Position numbers and translations under genes: made by a program
DNA from: Desulfatiglandaceae bacterium
GTDB lineage: Bacteria > Desulfobacterota > DSM-4660 > Desulfatiglandales > Desulfatiglandaceae
NCBI GenBank assembly: GCA_046496815.1
Contig: JAWOGN010000320.1
Location: 1-48,398 of the forward strand
DNA: 48,398 bases
Reading direction: 5' to 3'
Part shown: piece by piece, positions 36,911-46,796 of the stretch
How positions within the stretch are numbered: position 1 is the stretch's first letter
Layout of the letters: the number at the start of each line of letters is the position of its first letter
The notes under the pieces: generated by a model
Databases searched by the model: none
What the model was told of the DNA's origin: nothing
The model's input: the letters and a program-made list of their open reading frames with translations, nothing else

Positions 36911-39400
36911 ATGGCCAAAAGAACAGCACTGTCGGAATTAGAAAACAGAATCAAAGCCCTGGAGGAAGAAATCCGCAAACCTCAGGGAGAGGAAAAGATT
37001 CTTCAGGAGAGCGAAAAAAAGTGCCGAAACATCCTTGACAGCATTGAGGAGGGCTTCTTTGAGGTCGATTTTGCCGGAGACTTGATGTTTTTCAATGACG
37101 CTTTGTGCGGAATTTTGGGATACTCCCGCGAAGAACTGCTGGGAATGAATAACCGAAGCTACACCACCCCCGAAACCGCAAAGCGAATGTTTCAAATTTT
37201 TAATCAGATCTATCGAACCGGTAATCCTGAAAAGATAACGAACTATGAGGTGATTCGAAAAGGAGGAAAAAGGAGGGTGCTGGAAATTTCTGCGTCACTG
37301 ATGCGAGACCCGGCCGATCATCCGGTCGGGTTTTACGGCGTGGTGCGAGACGTCACCGAGCGAAAACAGGCGGAGGAGGCACTGAGAAAACGGCTGGCCT
37401 ATGAAAAGATGCTTGCCGATATTTCCGCCAAGGCGGTAATGGTTGAAAATATCGGGGAGTTTCTTGGGGAGTGCCTTGAGATTATGGGCGGATGTCTTGA
37501 GGTCAGCCGAATTTACATTTTCGAGCATCGCCACGAATCCGAAACCATGGATAACACCTTTGAATGGATCGCTGAGGGCATAACGCCACAAAAACAAAAT
37601 CTTCAGGGGATTCGTTCCGATTCCGCCTCCTGGTGGGTGGAAATGCTGAAGAGTTATCGAGTCATAAACTTTGAAGACATCGAGGATATTCCGGGAAAAT
37701 GGGAAAAGAAAGTTCTTCGTTCACAGGATATCAAGTCCGTTTTAGCGGTTCCCCTGTTCATCAGGGACGGTTATTACGGCTTCATAGGCTTTGATGTGTG
37801 TCAAACCCCTCGCAAATGGCTTGAAGAGGATGTTGATCTCCTAAAAACAACGGCTCAGATAATTGCCAGAACCATTGAAACAAAAAAGGCTGAAGAGGCC
37901 TTACGGGAATCCGAGGAAAAGTACAGGCTTTTGATTGAAAACGCCAACGATGCGATTTTTGTCATTCAGGATGAAGAAATCAAATTTCCGAACCCGAAAG
38001 CGAGAGAAATCGGAATGAATGCAGGCATTCAGTTGGAGCGTGTCCCCTTCATTCATTACGTTCATCCGGAAGACAAACAAATCGTTTTAGAAAGACACAG
38101 AAAGCGACTTCACGGAGAAAAGATTTCGAACAACCACACGTTCAGAGTCATGAAGAAAGACGGGGAGGTGATGTGGGCCGAACTGAACGCGGTCCTCATA
38201 AACTGGGATGGTAAGCCTGCAACGCTTAATTTCCTCAGAGATATCACGCCGCAAAAGCAACTTGAAGCCCGGCTTCAACAAGCCCATAAAATGGAGGCTT
38301 TGGGCACTCTGGCCGGCGGCATTGCGCATGACTTCAATAATTTGCTCATGGGCATTCAGGGACGTGCGTCTCTGATGCTCATGGACCCGGGTTTTTCCGA
38401 CTCGCATTATGAGGACCTCCGAGGAATTGAAGCCATCGTACAAACCGGGACGGAATTGACCAAACAACTTCTGGGCTTCGCCAGAAAAGGGAAGTATGAG
38501 GTCCGGCCCACCAATATCAACCGCCTGCTTGAAAAGACCTCCCAAATGTTCGGCCGAACAAACAAAGAAATAAAGATTCATTCAAAATATGCGCAAGATA
38601 TCCGGACGGTGGCGGCGGATAAAGGGCAGATCGAGCAAGTGCTGTTAAACCTTTATGTCAATGCCTGGCAAGCCATGCCCGGAGGAGGAGACCTATATCT
38701 TCAAACGGAAAACGCAAGATTTAACGAGAAGTATTCCGGCCCGTATCAGGTGCATCCAGGTAGATATGTGAAAATATCCGTTACCGATACAGGAATGGGC
38801 ATGGATAAAGCCACCCAGGAACGAATATTTGAGCCTTTTTTTACAACAAAAAAAATGGGTCGAGGAACAGGCCTTGGTCTCGCCTCTGCGTACGGGATCA
38901 TCAAAAATCATGGCGGCATGATCAACGTTTACAGTGAAAAAGGCCGAGGGACCACCTTCAGCGTTTATCTTCCCGCTTCAGGAAAAAATGTCGTTGAGGA
39001 AAAAGCGCCTTCGGAACCCATTCCGAAGGGCGGGGAGACAGTGCTCCTGGTTGATGATGAGGAAATGATCCTGAGTATCGGGGAAAAAATCCTGAAACGC
39101 ATGGGATACGGCGTCATGCCGGCACGCAGCGGGAAAGAGGCCATCGAAACTTATGAGAAAAACAAAGACACCATCGACATTGTGGTCTTGGACATGATTA
39201 TGCCGGAAATCGGCGGTGGGGAAATTTATGACCGGTTAAAGGAAATCAATCCCGGGGTAAAGGTGCTTCTTTCGAGCGGTTACAGCGTCGAAGGCATGGC
39301 ATCCGAGATACTGAAGCGGGGGTGCAACGGGTTTATTCAGAAGCCGTTCAGGATGAGGGAACTGTCTCAAAAAATAAGAGAGATTGTGAAAAACAGATAA
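36911..39400 (+). CDS. Hybrid sensor histidine kinase (coiled-coil, PAS, GAF, PAS, HisKA, HATPase, receiver)
   Basis: PAS blocks (ILDSIEEGFFEVD; LLIENANDAIFV), a GAF-like middle region, H-box GGIAHDFNNLL, G-boxes DTGMGM and GTGLGLA, and a C-terminal receiver (VLLVDDEE ... VVLDMIMPE ... KP). Confidence 0.9.
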   Translation: MAKRTALSELENRIKALEEEIRKPQGEEKILQESEKKCRNILDSIEEGFFEVDFAGDLMFFNDALCGILGYSREELLGMNNRSYTTPETAKRMFQIFNQIYRTGNPEKITNYEVIRKGGKRRVLEISASLMRDPADHPVGFYGVVRDVTERKQAEEALRKRLAYEKMLADISAKAVMVENIGEFLGECLEIMGGCLEVSRIYIFEHRHESETMDNTFEWIAEGITPQKQNLQGIRSDSASWWVEMLKSYRVINFEDIEDIPGKWEKKVLRSQDIKSVLAVPLFIRDGYYGFIGFDVCQTPRKWLEEDVDLLKTTAQIIARTIETKKAEEALRESEEKYRLLIENANDAIFVIQDEEIKFPNPKAREIGMNAGIQLERVPFIHYVHPEDKQIVLERHRKRLHGEKISNNHTFRVMKKDGEVMWAELNAVLINWDGKPATLNFLRDITPQKQLEARLQQAHKMEALGTLAGGIAHDFNNLLMGIQGRASLMLMDPGFSDSHYEDLRGIEAIVQTGTELTKQLLGFARKGKYEVRPTNINRLLEKTSQMFGRTNKEIKIHSKYAQDIRTVAADKGQIEQVLLNLYVNAWQAMPGGGDLYLQTENARFNEKYSGPYQVHPGRYVKISVTDTGMGMDKATQERIFEPFFTTKKMGRGTGLGLASAYGIIKNHGGMINVYSEKGRGTTFSVYLPASGKNVVEEKAPSEPIPKGGETVLLVDDEEMILSIGEKILKRMGYGVMPARSGKEAIETYEKNKDTIDIVVLDMIMPEIGGGEIYDRLKEINPGVKVLLSSGYSVEGMASEILKRGCNGFIQKPFRMRELSQKIREIVKNR

Positions 39401-39407
39401 GAAACGC

Positions 39408-40466
39408 TCAGTCGATTCCAAATCGTTTGTTCAGGATTTCTCCTGCCATTTTGATATCTTCTTTGATGATGGCGGCGGATCTCACCAATTCTTTCCGAAT
39501 ATTTTCCACCTCCAGTTCATGTATTTTCTCCACACCATACGGGCCTATTTTGGCGGGAACGCCGAAACTCATCGACGTAAAATCATCTTCCGGTTTCACC
39601 AAATCATATTCTTTTTCGATGATTGCAATAACCGGTTGGAGCATGGACTCACCGCTTATGATGGCCCTGAGCATATCGCACGCTGCTCTTGCGGGACCCG
39701 CAGAGGCGCTTTGGCCTGTTTCATTCACAAAATGGGTTCCCCCTTTTTTTGCATCCGCCATCACCGCCGTGATTTTTTCCGGGTCGATTCCCTCAGCCCG
39801 AATAAAATCCATTAATGGAATCCCTCCAACACAGAAATGACGAGGGCTTGCGACCATAGAGTCGCCATGCTCGCCGAACACAATGCCTCGCATATCAGTC
39901 CCTGAAAGACCCAGCAACTTTGCGATGGAATGGCAAATTCTCCTGGAATCCAGATTTCCCGCCTGACCCATCACATTTTGTTTCGGGAACCCCGTCACTT
40001 TATAACCCACCCATGTCATGGCTGTGACGGGATTGCCCATGTAAATGAGAATAGGCAGGTCCTCCGGCAAAGCGCAATCCTCATACAGTTTTCGAATCTG
40101 CAAGGAGGTCTTCGTGATCACCTCCGTGTTTATCGACAAGAGGTCCCGACGGCTTTGTCCCTCTTTTCTGGGCACACCCACACCGATGAAGATCACGTCC
40201 AACCCTGCCATGTCCTCCCAGTCGTTGGTACCCGCGATTCGCGGACGCCGAAGTGCGTTTGCTTTCAAGTCTTCGATCCACGCAGCAGCCCTGTTGGGAT
40301 ATTTCTCTTTGGGTCTTCCGTAAAAAATGATCTCTTTTCCCAACCCCTCATCCACCAGGGAAAGGATGACATCCCGGGAAACATTCCCGAAACCCCAGAC
40401 ACCGACTTTGTCCCGCTCCTTTACACGGTCTATCAATCGACATGCTTTTGAAGTCCCATTTTCCAT
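39408..40466 (-). CDS. mdh: Malate dehydrogenase (LDH/MDH superfamily, long form)
   Basis: Rossmann VGVWGFGNVS. Substrate loop GVPRKEGQSRRDLL with the MDH-type Arg. GNPV. Catalytic His in FGEHGDSMV. Convergent with the kinase gene, 7 nt apart. Confidence 0.8.
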   Translation of the reverse strand: MENGTSKACRLIDRVKERDKVGVWGFGNVSRDVILSLVDEGLGKEIIFYGRPKEKYPNRAAAWIEDLKANALRRPRIAGTNDWEDMAGLDVIFIGVGVPRKEGQSRRDLLSINTEVITKTSLQIRKLYEDCALPEDLPILIYMGNPVTAMTWVGYKVTGFPKQNVMGQAGNLDSRRICHSIAKLLGLSGTDMRGIVFGEHGDSMVASPRHFCVGGIPLMDFIRAEGIDPEKITAVMADAKKGGTHFVNETGQSASAGPARAACDMLRAIISGESMLQPVIAIIEKEYDLVKPEDDFTSMSFGVPAKIGPYGVEKIHELEVENIRKELVRSAAIIKEDIKMAGEILNKRFGID

Positions 40467-41023
40467 GATACGTTCCCCAAGTACAATTTCTGAATCTCTT
40501 TACTTACAATTCGTGGGTATTCTATTGTTTAGCGCGCGTATAATTATAAATTTCAAACGGCTTTAAAACGGTAACGATTCATAGAAATCCCATCGGCCCT
40601 CAGTCGTTTGCTCCTCCTTGTTTTTGTTGGCAAAATTAACAATTGAAACGCTAAAAGTCAATGTTTGAGGCGACGCGAAGCGCCGTTGTTTCCCGGGTTG
40701 CCCATAATTGAATTGACGAGAGAAGATCCGTTTTGTAGTTCTTATGATACACGCGACGTCGCCTTCAAACCTTTGCAAAGCACGTCCCAGACAAAGCAGT
40801 CACGGTGTCTGAAGAAAACGGACGTTTATGTAAAATGACACGCCCGCTGACGGGAGCCCCGCCTTCCCGCTTCAGGGAGCACCGAGCAAGCAGAGAAGAC
40901 CGCAGGTGCGAAGGAGATTTTCCTCCGGGGCCAGCCGAGGTTTTCTCTGGTGATTGGTTGATATAACTGGTAGCTTATACGTGTTGGATGAACTGTCTTT
41001 CTTAGAGGCTGGAAAGCTCCCCT

Positions 41024-42745
41024 ATGGAATTCAAACATGATGTCGTGATTGTCGGCGCAGGCTTGGCGGGTTTGCGCGCGGCGGTGGAAGTGGCCGAACA
41101 CGTAGACGTAGCACTCATCACGAAAGTCTACCCCACTCGCTCCCATTCCGGGGCGGCACAAGGCGGCATCGGTGCTGCGCTGGGCAACGAAGAGCCGGAT
41201 TCTTGGGAGTGGCACATGTACGATACCGTGAAGGGGGGAGATTTCCTCACGGACCAAGACGCTGCGGAAGTACTGGCAAAAGACGCGCCAAGGGCCATTT
41301 ACGAACTGGAACATATGGGAGTGCCCTTTAACAGAACCCCTGAGGGTAAAATCGCTCAGCGAGCGTTCGGCGGGCACACGAGCAACTTTGGACGGGCACC
41401 GGTCAAAAGGGCCTGTCACGCGGCAGATCGAACGGGTCGGGTGATTCTCGATACGCTCTACAGCGAAACATTACGAAGAGGAATCCAAGTCTATCCGGAA
41501 TTCAATCTGCTGGAATTGATCATCACGCAAAATCAAGTCGTGGGACTGGTGGTCTACGAGCTTGCCACCGGCGATCTTCACGTTATTCGAAGCAGAGCGG
41601 TACTTTTGGCCACCGGCGGCTTCGGCAAGGTATTCAAAACCACATCCAATTGCTTTGCCAACACCGGGGATGGCGTTTATCTCGCCTACCAGGCGGGGAT
41701 TCCACTCCAAGACATGGAATTCGTCCAATTTCATCCCACCGGCATTTTCGGCTTAGGTGTACTTATCAGTGAGGCCGCGCGGGGAGAAGGCGGAATACTT
41801 CGAAACCGGGAAAGTGATCCCTTCATGGAGGCCTATGCGCCGACACTCAAGGATCTTGCCCCCCGTGACATGGTTTCACGGGCCATTGCCCAAGAAATAC
41901 GAGAAGGAAGAGGTATCGATGGGAAGGATTTCGTCCACCTGGACTTGACGCACCTGGGGAGGGAAAAACTTGACGAGAAACTCTCCGAAATTTCATCATT
42001 TGTGAGGATATACCTGGGTCTGGATCCTGTCAGAGACCCGATTCCCGTACAACCGACCTGTCACTACATGATGGGAGGGATTCCCACCAGTTTAGAAGGG
42101 CAAGTCCTGGATAAAAATGCACACCGAATGAACGGACTTTATGCGGCGGGGGAATGCGCCTGTGTTTCAGTGCACGGTGCCAACCGATTGGGCTGCAATT
42201 CCCTGCTTGACTTGGTGGTTTTTGGCCGTAGGGTTGGCTTAAGCATGCTGAAGGATCTTTCCGATTTACCTTGGACGACCCTTCCGAATCATCCTGCGGA
42301 CAGAAGTGTTCAGAGGCTTGAGCATCTGAAGCGTAAAAAAAATGGTGAAAGGCCATGGGTACTGCGAAACGAGATGCAAAAGGTCATGACAGAATCCTGT
42401 TCGGTATTCCGGCACAAGGAATCGCTGGACCGGGCACTCGAAGTAATTCAGGATTTAATTCGTCGATATGAAAATGTCACAATAGATGACAAAGGACATC
42501 GTTTCAACACCGATCTGTTGGAAGCCTGTGAATTGGAATCGCTGCTCACGCTGGCTCATACGATGTTGGTGTCTGCAGTGGCAAGAAAGGAAAGCAGAGG
42601 GGCTCATTTTCGAGAAGACCACCCGGAAAGGGATGATAAGAACTGGCTCAAGCATACACTGGTTCGAAAGACCCAAAGGGTTCCTCGTTTGTCCTACAAG
42701 CCGGTAACCATTACCCGGTTCGAACCCAAACCGAGAGTATACTGA
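41024..42745 (+). CDS. sdhA: Succinate dehydrogenase / fumarate reductase flavoprotein subunit
   Basis: FAD fold VVIVGAGLAGLRAA, RSHSGAAQGGI (His for covalent FAD), HPTG, HGANRLG, ESRGAHFRED. Confidence 0.95.
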   Translation: MEFKHDVVIVGAGLAGLRAAVEVAEHVDVALITKVYPTRSHSGAAQGGIGAALGNEEPDSWEWHMYDTVKGGDFLTDQDAAEVLAKDAPRAIYELEHMGVPFNRTPEGKIAQRAFGGHTSNFGRAPVKRACHAADRTGRVILDTLYSETLRRGIQVYPEFNLLELIITQNQVVGLVVYELATGDLHVIRSRAVLLATGGFGKVFKTTSNCFANTGDGVYLAYQAGIPLQDMEFVQFHPTGIFGLGVLISEAARGEGGILRNRESDPFMEAYAPTLKDLAPRDMVSRAIAQEIREGRGIDGKDFVHLDLTHLGREKLDEKLSEISSFVRIYLGLDPVRDPIPVQPTCHYMMGGIPTSLEGQVLDKNAHRMNGLYAAGECACVSVHGANRLGCNSLLDLVVFGRRVGLSMLKDLSDLPWTTLPNHPADRSVQRLEHLKRKKNGERPWVLRNEMQKVMTESCSVFRHKESLDRALEVIQDLIRRYENVTIDDKGHRFNTDLLEACELESLLTLAHTMLVSAVARKESRGAHFREDHPERDDKNWLKHTLVRKTQRVPRLSYKPVTITRFEPKPRVY

Positions 42746-42746
42746 T

Positions 42747-43451
42747 ATGGAAAGGCACTTCAAGATATACCGATTCGATCCCGAGGTGGACGGCGAACCC
42801 TACTTTCGGGATTATACCCTAACTGCTGAACCCACCGATCGCATATTGGACTGTCTGAACCGTATAAAATGGGAACAGGATGGCACGCTTGCCTATCGCA
42901 TGTCATGCGGTCATGGGGTCTGCGGTTCGGATGCCATGAAAATCAATGGGCGTTGCGCGCTTGCCTGTCAGAAACTGGTAAAGGACTATGAAGAATCGCA
43001 GATCATCCTGGAACCGCTGCCCTCCTATAAAGTTCTTAAAGATCTGGTTGTAGATCTGGAGCCATTTTTCGAAAAAGTGAGACACCTGCGGCCCTATTTG
43101 ATCTCCTCAACAGCCTCTCTCGATGGGGAGCGGATACAGTCACCCGAAGCGAGCAAAAAAGTCGAAGTGGCGATTCGCTGTATTCTCTGTGCCTGTTGCA
43201 CAGGGGCCTGTCCGGTTATTAATGAAAATGAGGACTTCCTGGGACCTGCGCCCCTTGTATGGGCGTTCAGGTATATTTTCGATTCCCGTGACGAAAATTA
43301 CCTGGAGCGTCTAAAGCAGGTGGACTATCCGAACGGGGTATGGGGGTGTGTCAACCACTTCGAGTGCACCCGCGTGTGCCCCAAGGAAATTCCGGTTACC
43401 AAGTACATCAATACCATCAAGAGGGAGATAGAAAAGAAGCCCGGACAATAA
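42747..43451 (+). CDS. sdhB: Succinate dehydrogenase / fumarate reductase iron-sulfur subunit
   Basis: 2Fe-2S CGHGVCGSDAMKINGRCALAC, 4Fe-4S CILCACCTGACP, 3Fe-4S CTRVCPKEIP. Confidence 0.92.
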   Translation: MERHFKIYRFDPEVDGEPYFRDYTLTAEPTDRILDCLNRIKWEQDGTLAYRMSCGHGVCGSDAMKINGRCALACQKLVKDYEESQIILEPLPSYKVLKDLVVDLEPFFEKVRHLRPYLISSTASLDGERIQSPEASKKVEVAIRCILCACCTGACPVINENEDFLGPAPLVWAFRYIFDSRDENYLERLKQVDYPNGVWGCVNHFECTRVCPKEIPVTKYINTIKREIEKKPGQ

Positions 43452-43465
43452 GGAGTGTTTTTCGC

Positions 43466-43975
43466 ATGGGGAAATTTGCAAGTCGCGAGGGAACGAGGGT
43501 CGATCGAGTCATTGACTCTGTAGAGCCGGAAGATTTCTATTACATGAACATCAATGTGCCCTGTCAGGGTGCCTGCCCGGCCTCACTTTCATGATGGATG
43601 TGTGCGCCGGGCAGCGTCCGATTGTGGGCAAGAGGGTTTTTGTCTTAGGTGCTGGTTTTACGGCATGAAAGAATCCGGATCAATGCGCTCATGCTCTCCC
43701 CCAGAATCGTGGCTGACGGCCGGGTCGAAGGTGTTGAGTTTGTCCGAACACGCCCGGGCGCCGGCGGCGTTGACGGCAAAAGAAGCTCTTCCTTTTCCCA
43801 CCTCTACAGCCCCTGCGTAACATTTGATAAGCAGTTTGAGACTTGGGACCACCTCAAGAAATGGACCCATCCCCTGCCTGAAAACCATAGCCCTTCCGAT
43901 CTGAAGCAAGCCATGAACGAAGCCCATGACGATCCATTCAGCCTGGGGATTCTCTACAAGCGGCGAGGATCCTAA
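43466..43975 (+). pseudogene. Collapsed remnants of a GltD-like (glutamate synthase small-subunit-type) FeS/flavin oxidoreductase gene, possibly plus another gene tail
   Basis: ATG 43466 with AAGGAG upstream gives MGKFASREG...YYMNINVPCQGACPA, a GltD-type N-terminal FeS region, then a stop. Shifted frames give GKRVFVLGAGFTA-stop (Rossmann motif) and RIVADGRVEGVEFVRTRPGAGGVDGKR. The fragments are collinear but cover about 0.5 kb instead of about 1.4 kb. Confidence 0.4.
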
Positions 43976-44002
43976 GTCCGCATTCATCCGTTCGGTTGTC
44001 TG

Positions 44003-46258
44003 TCAATTTTTATAATTCTCTCGCAGGGCATTGAGTGCCGAACCGGCTTTGAACCACCCAATCTGCTCCTCCGTGAGCGTATGGGTGAGCATGAGTGCCT
44101 TCCTGGAGCCGTCTTCTTTGCTCACCACGCATTTCACCGGTTTTCCGGGCTGAAGCGCTTTTAGATCCACGAAGCTCATTCGATCAGATTCCCCGATTTC
44201 GGCATACTCATTGGGGTCCAAGAAAACCAGCGGCAAAATTCCCTGCTTTTTGAGGTTGGCCTCGTGGATTCGGGCAAATGAACGCGCCACAACCACCTTG
44301 GCCCCCATAAATCTGGGACTCATGGCGGCATGCTCTCGGCTGGAGCCTTCCCCATAGTTCTCATCCCCCAGGATCACAAATCCGCCGGCGTTTTCCTTAT
44401 AGAATACGGCCAACTCAGCAAACCTCTTCCCTGTTTCCCGTGTGATCACATTCGTCCCATGTCCTGTTTCGCCGGTAAAGGCGTTCACAGCGCCCTCCAG
44501 CATGTTTTGAGAGATATGGGTCAGATGGCCTCTGAACTGCAGCCACTTTCCGCCGGGTGAAATATGATCCGTGGTGGTCTTCCCTTTGGTTTTAACCAAT
44601 ACGGGCAAGTCCAAAAAATCCCGTCCATCCCACGCCTCAAACGGATGAAGCCGTTCGAGCCGCTCTGAATTCGGATCCATTTTGACTTGGATTTTGGCGT
44701 CTTCGCGGGAAGGAGGCAGAAAAGCATACTTTTCATCCACCAGGCCTTTTTCCGGAAGCGTAGGGGGAGTCGGAGCCGTGAGCTTGAATTGAACGCCGTT
44801 CCTTCCCGTCAACGTGTCGGTCTCGGGGTTGAATCCGGCGTCCCCGGACAGAGCGAGGGCCGCTGCCAAAGCGGGCGATGTCAAAAACGCTCGGGTCTCC
44901 GGATTGCCGTCGTTTCTGCCGCGGAAGTTTCTGTTAAATGTGGTAAAAACACAGTTAGGGACGCCTTTTTCGACATCTTTTCGGTCCCACTGGCCGATAC
45001 ACGGACCGCAAGAAGCGGTGAGGACCGTTGCCCCGGCGTTGACCAGCTCATCGAGAACGCCGTCTCGTGCGATGGTTTCATACACTTGTTGGGAACCGGG
45101 TGACAGGATGAAAGGCACCCGCACCTTGAGTCCATGATGACGGGCTTGCTCCAAAACCCGGGATGCCGCGCAGAGATCGGAGTAGGATGAATTCGTGCAC
45201 GAACCGAGAAGCACGGCGGATATGCGCTCCGGCCAGCGCTCTTTTTTTGCCGTGGCCTTAAAGTCTGCGACCCGGATCACCTTATCCGGGCTAAATGGGC
45301 CGGCGTGGGCAGGCACTATCTTTCCCAGATCGACCTCTACGATTTCATCATAGACCCGTTCAGGTTCCGTCAAGCATATCTCGTCTTGAGTCAATATGTC
45401 GGCGACGGAAGCGGCCCATTCTGCATCTTCGTGCCGGCCCACATTCTTCAAATAGGCATCCATCGATTCGTCATAAACAAAGACGGAGGCCGTGGCGCCC
45501 AGCTCCGCGCCCATGTTGGTGATGGTTGCCTTTTGCGTCGCCGAAAGATTTTTTGCACCCTCCCCGAAGTATTCAAATATTTTCCCCGTTCCTCCCTTAA
45601 CGGTCAGCATACCGAGCATTTCGAGGATCACATCCTTGGCGGAAGCCCATCCGTTCAGGCATCCGGAAAGATCCACACCCACCACATAAGGGCTTGTGGT
45701 CTCCCATGCAAGGCCCGCCATCACTTCGGCCACATCGGCACCGCCGACCCCGATGGCGATCATACCCAGGCCGCCGGCATTGGGCGTATGGGAATCGCTG
45801 CCGATCATCACGCCGCCTGGGATTACGTAGTTCTCAAAAAGAACCTGGTGAATAATTCCGGAGCCGGGACCCCAAAACCCGACACCGTACTTTGCAGCGG
45901 CTGAGGAGAGAAAGTCATAGATGTCCCGGTTCGCGGCAAGCGCTTTCTTCAAATCCGCCTTCATCCCCGCGCCGGCCCGAATGAGGTGATCACAGTGGAT
46001 CGTTGCAGGCACCTGCGTTTTGCCGCATCCCGTTTGCATGAACTGTAACATGGCCATTTGGGCCGTCGCATCCTGCATGGCAACGCGATCAGGACACAAC
46101 TTCAAAGGGTCGCGACCGCGCCTCAGCATCCTTTCCGAGCTTTCCTCAGCTTCATGAATGAATAGGATTTTTTCCGCATAGCATAATCCCCTTCCCAGAA
46201 TTTGCCGTTTCTTCTTGAGGATTTTTTGTGCCCTCCCCTTGGTAAAGGGATAAACCAT
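44003..46258 (-). CDS. acn: Aconitate hydratase
   Basis: Fe-S ligand motifs GSDSHT, LLGSCTNSS and ASCGPCIGQW. The swivel domain is at the C-terminus. 751 aa. Confidence 0.95.
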   Translation of the reverse strand: MVYPFTKGRAQKILKKKRQILGRGLCYAEKILFIHEAEESSERMLRRGRDPLKLCPDRVAMQDATAQMAMLQFMQTGCGKTQVPATIHCDHLIRAGAGMKADLKKALAANRDIYDFLSSAAAKYGVGFWGPGSGIIHQVLFENYVIPGGVMIGSDSHTPNAGGLGMIAIGVGGADVAEVMAGLAWETTSPYVVGVDLSGCLNGWASAKDVILEMLGMLTVKGGTGKIFEYFGEGAKNLSATQKATITNMGAELGATASVFVYDESMDAYLKNVGRHEDAEWAASVADILTQDEICLTEPERVYDEIVEVDLGKIVPAHAGPFSPDKVIRVADFKATAKKERWPERISAVLLGSCTNSSYSDLCAASRVLEQARHHGLKVRVPFILSPGSQQVYETIARDGVLDELVNAGATVLTASCGPCIGQWDRKDVEKGVPNCVFTTFNRNFRGRNDGNPETRAFLTSPALAAALALSGDAGFNPETDTLTGRNGVQFKLTAPTPPTLPEKGLVDEKYAFLPPSREDAKIQVKMDPNSERLERLHPFEAWDGRDFLDLPVLVKTKGKTTTDHISPGGKWLQFRGHLTHISQNMLEGAVNAFTGETGHGTNVITRETGKRFAELAVFYKENAGGFVILGDENYGEGSSREHAAMSPRFMGAKVVVARSFARIHEANLKKQGILPLVFLDPNEYAEIGESDRMSFVDLKALQPGKPVKCVVSKEDGSRKALMLTHTLTEEQIGWFKAGSALNALRENYKN

Positions 46259-46376
46259 CTTTATTCTCCTGGTTGCAGGTGTATAAACGCCCGATCGATT
46301 TGAGGGGTTCCCCTGACGGTTCCAGCCCCCATCGGTCTTCGCCCCCCTTGCATTCGGTTTTCTTTACCGAGTTTTG

Positions 46377-46405
46377 TTGACGGAAGACTGTCTGCAAATT
46401 ACTAT
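46377..46405 (+). promoter_or_regulatory. Sigma70-like promoter candidate (TTGACG-17-TACTAT)
   Basis: -35 at 46377-46382, a 17-nt spacer, -10 at 46400-46405. It lies in the acn/sod divergent spacer. The target transcript is unknown. Confidence 0.2.
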
Positions 46406-46738
46406 ATCAAACTTAAGCACCCGGGCATATTCCAATCTGAGCTCCCGGAAGCAAAACCCCCTCATGATATGCCAATTTCGGGTCGTTAAAATCTCCCTTC
46501 TCTTTTGGGGTAGTTCTTTGTTATTTGGAGTCAAAAACGTTATGGCCAGCCCAAAGGCGGCAGGGATTTCGATGCGTTCACAGTGGTTATATCAGATGCT
46601 GTGCCCTAAAAGAATGCCGGTGACTGTTGTTCAGCAGATTCATTTTCAAGCTCTTTGCGCATTGGGGTAAGCATATTTTCACGGACCTGCGCGCTTGGAT
46701 CTCCGGCGAATCCATCTTGAGCGGGTGACGCGTCCGAC

Positions 46739-46767
46739 TTGACTGTTTCCATTCCATTTCGGAGAAT
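46739..46767 (+). promoter_or_regulatory. Sigma70-like promoter candidate for the SOD gene (TTGACT-17-GAGAAT)
   Basis: -35 at 46739-46744 and -10 at 46762-46767, about 30 nt upstream of the SOD start codon and just before its AAGGAGG RBS. Confidence 0.25.
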
Positions 46768-46796
46768 TATATGTTCAAAAATAAGGAGGATGACTC

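Noticed and set aside
40826-41419. 197-aa minus-strand ORF
   Set aside because: It is antisense to the 5' end of sdhA and is Arg/Cys-rich, with no motifs.
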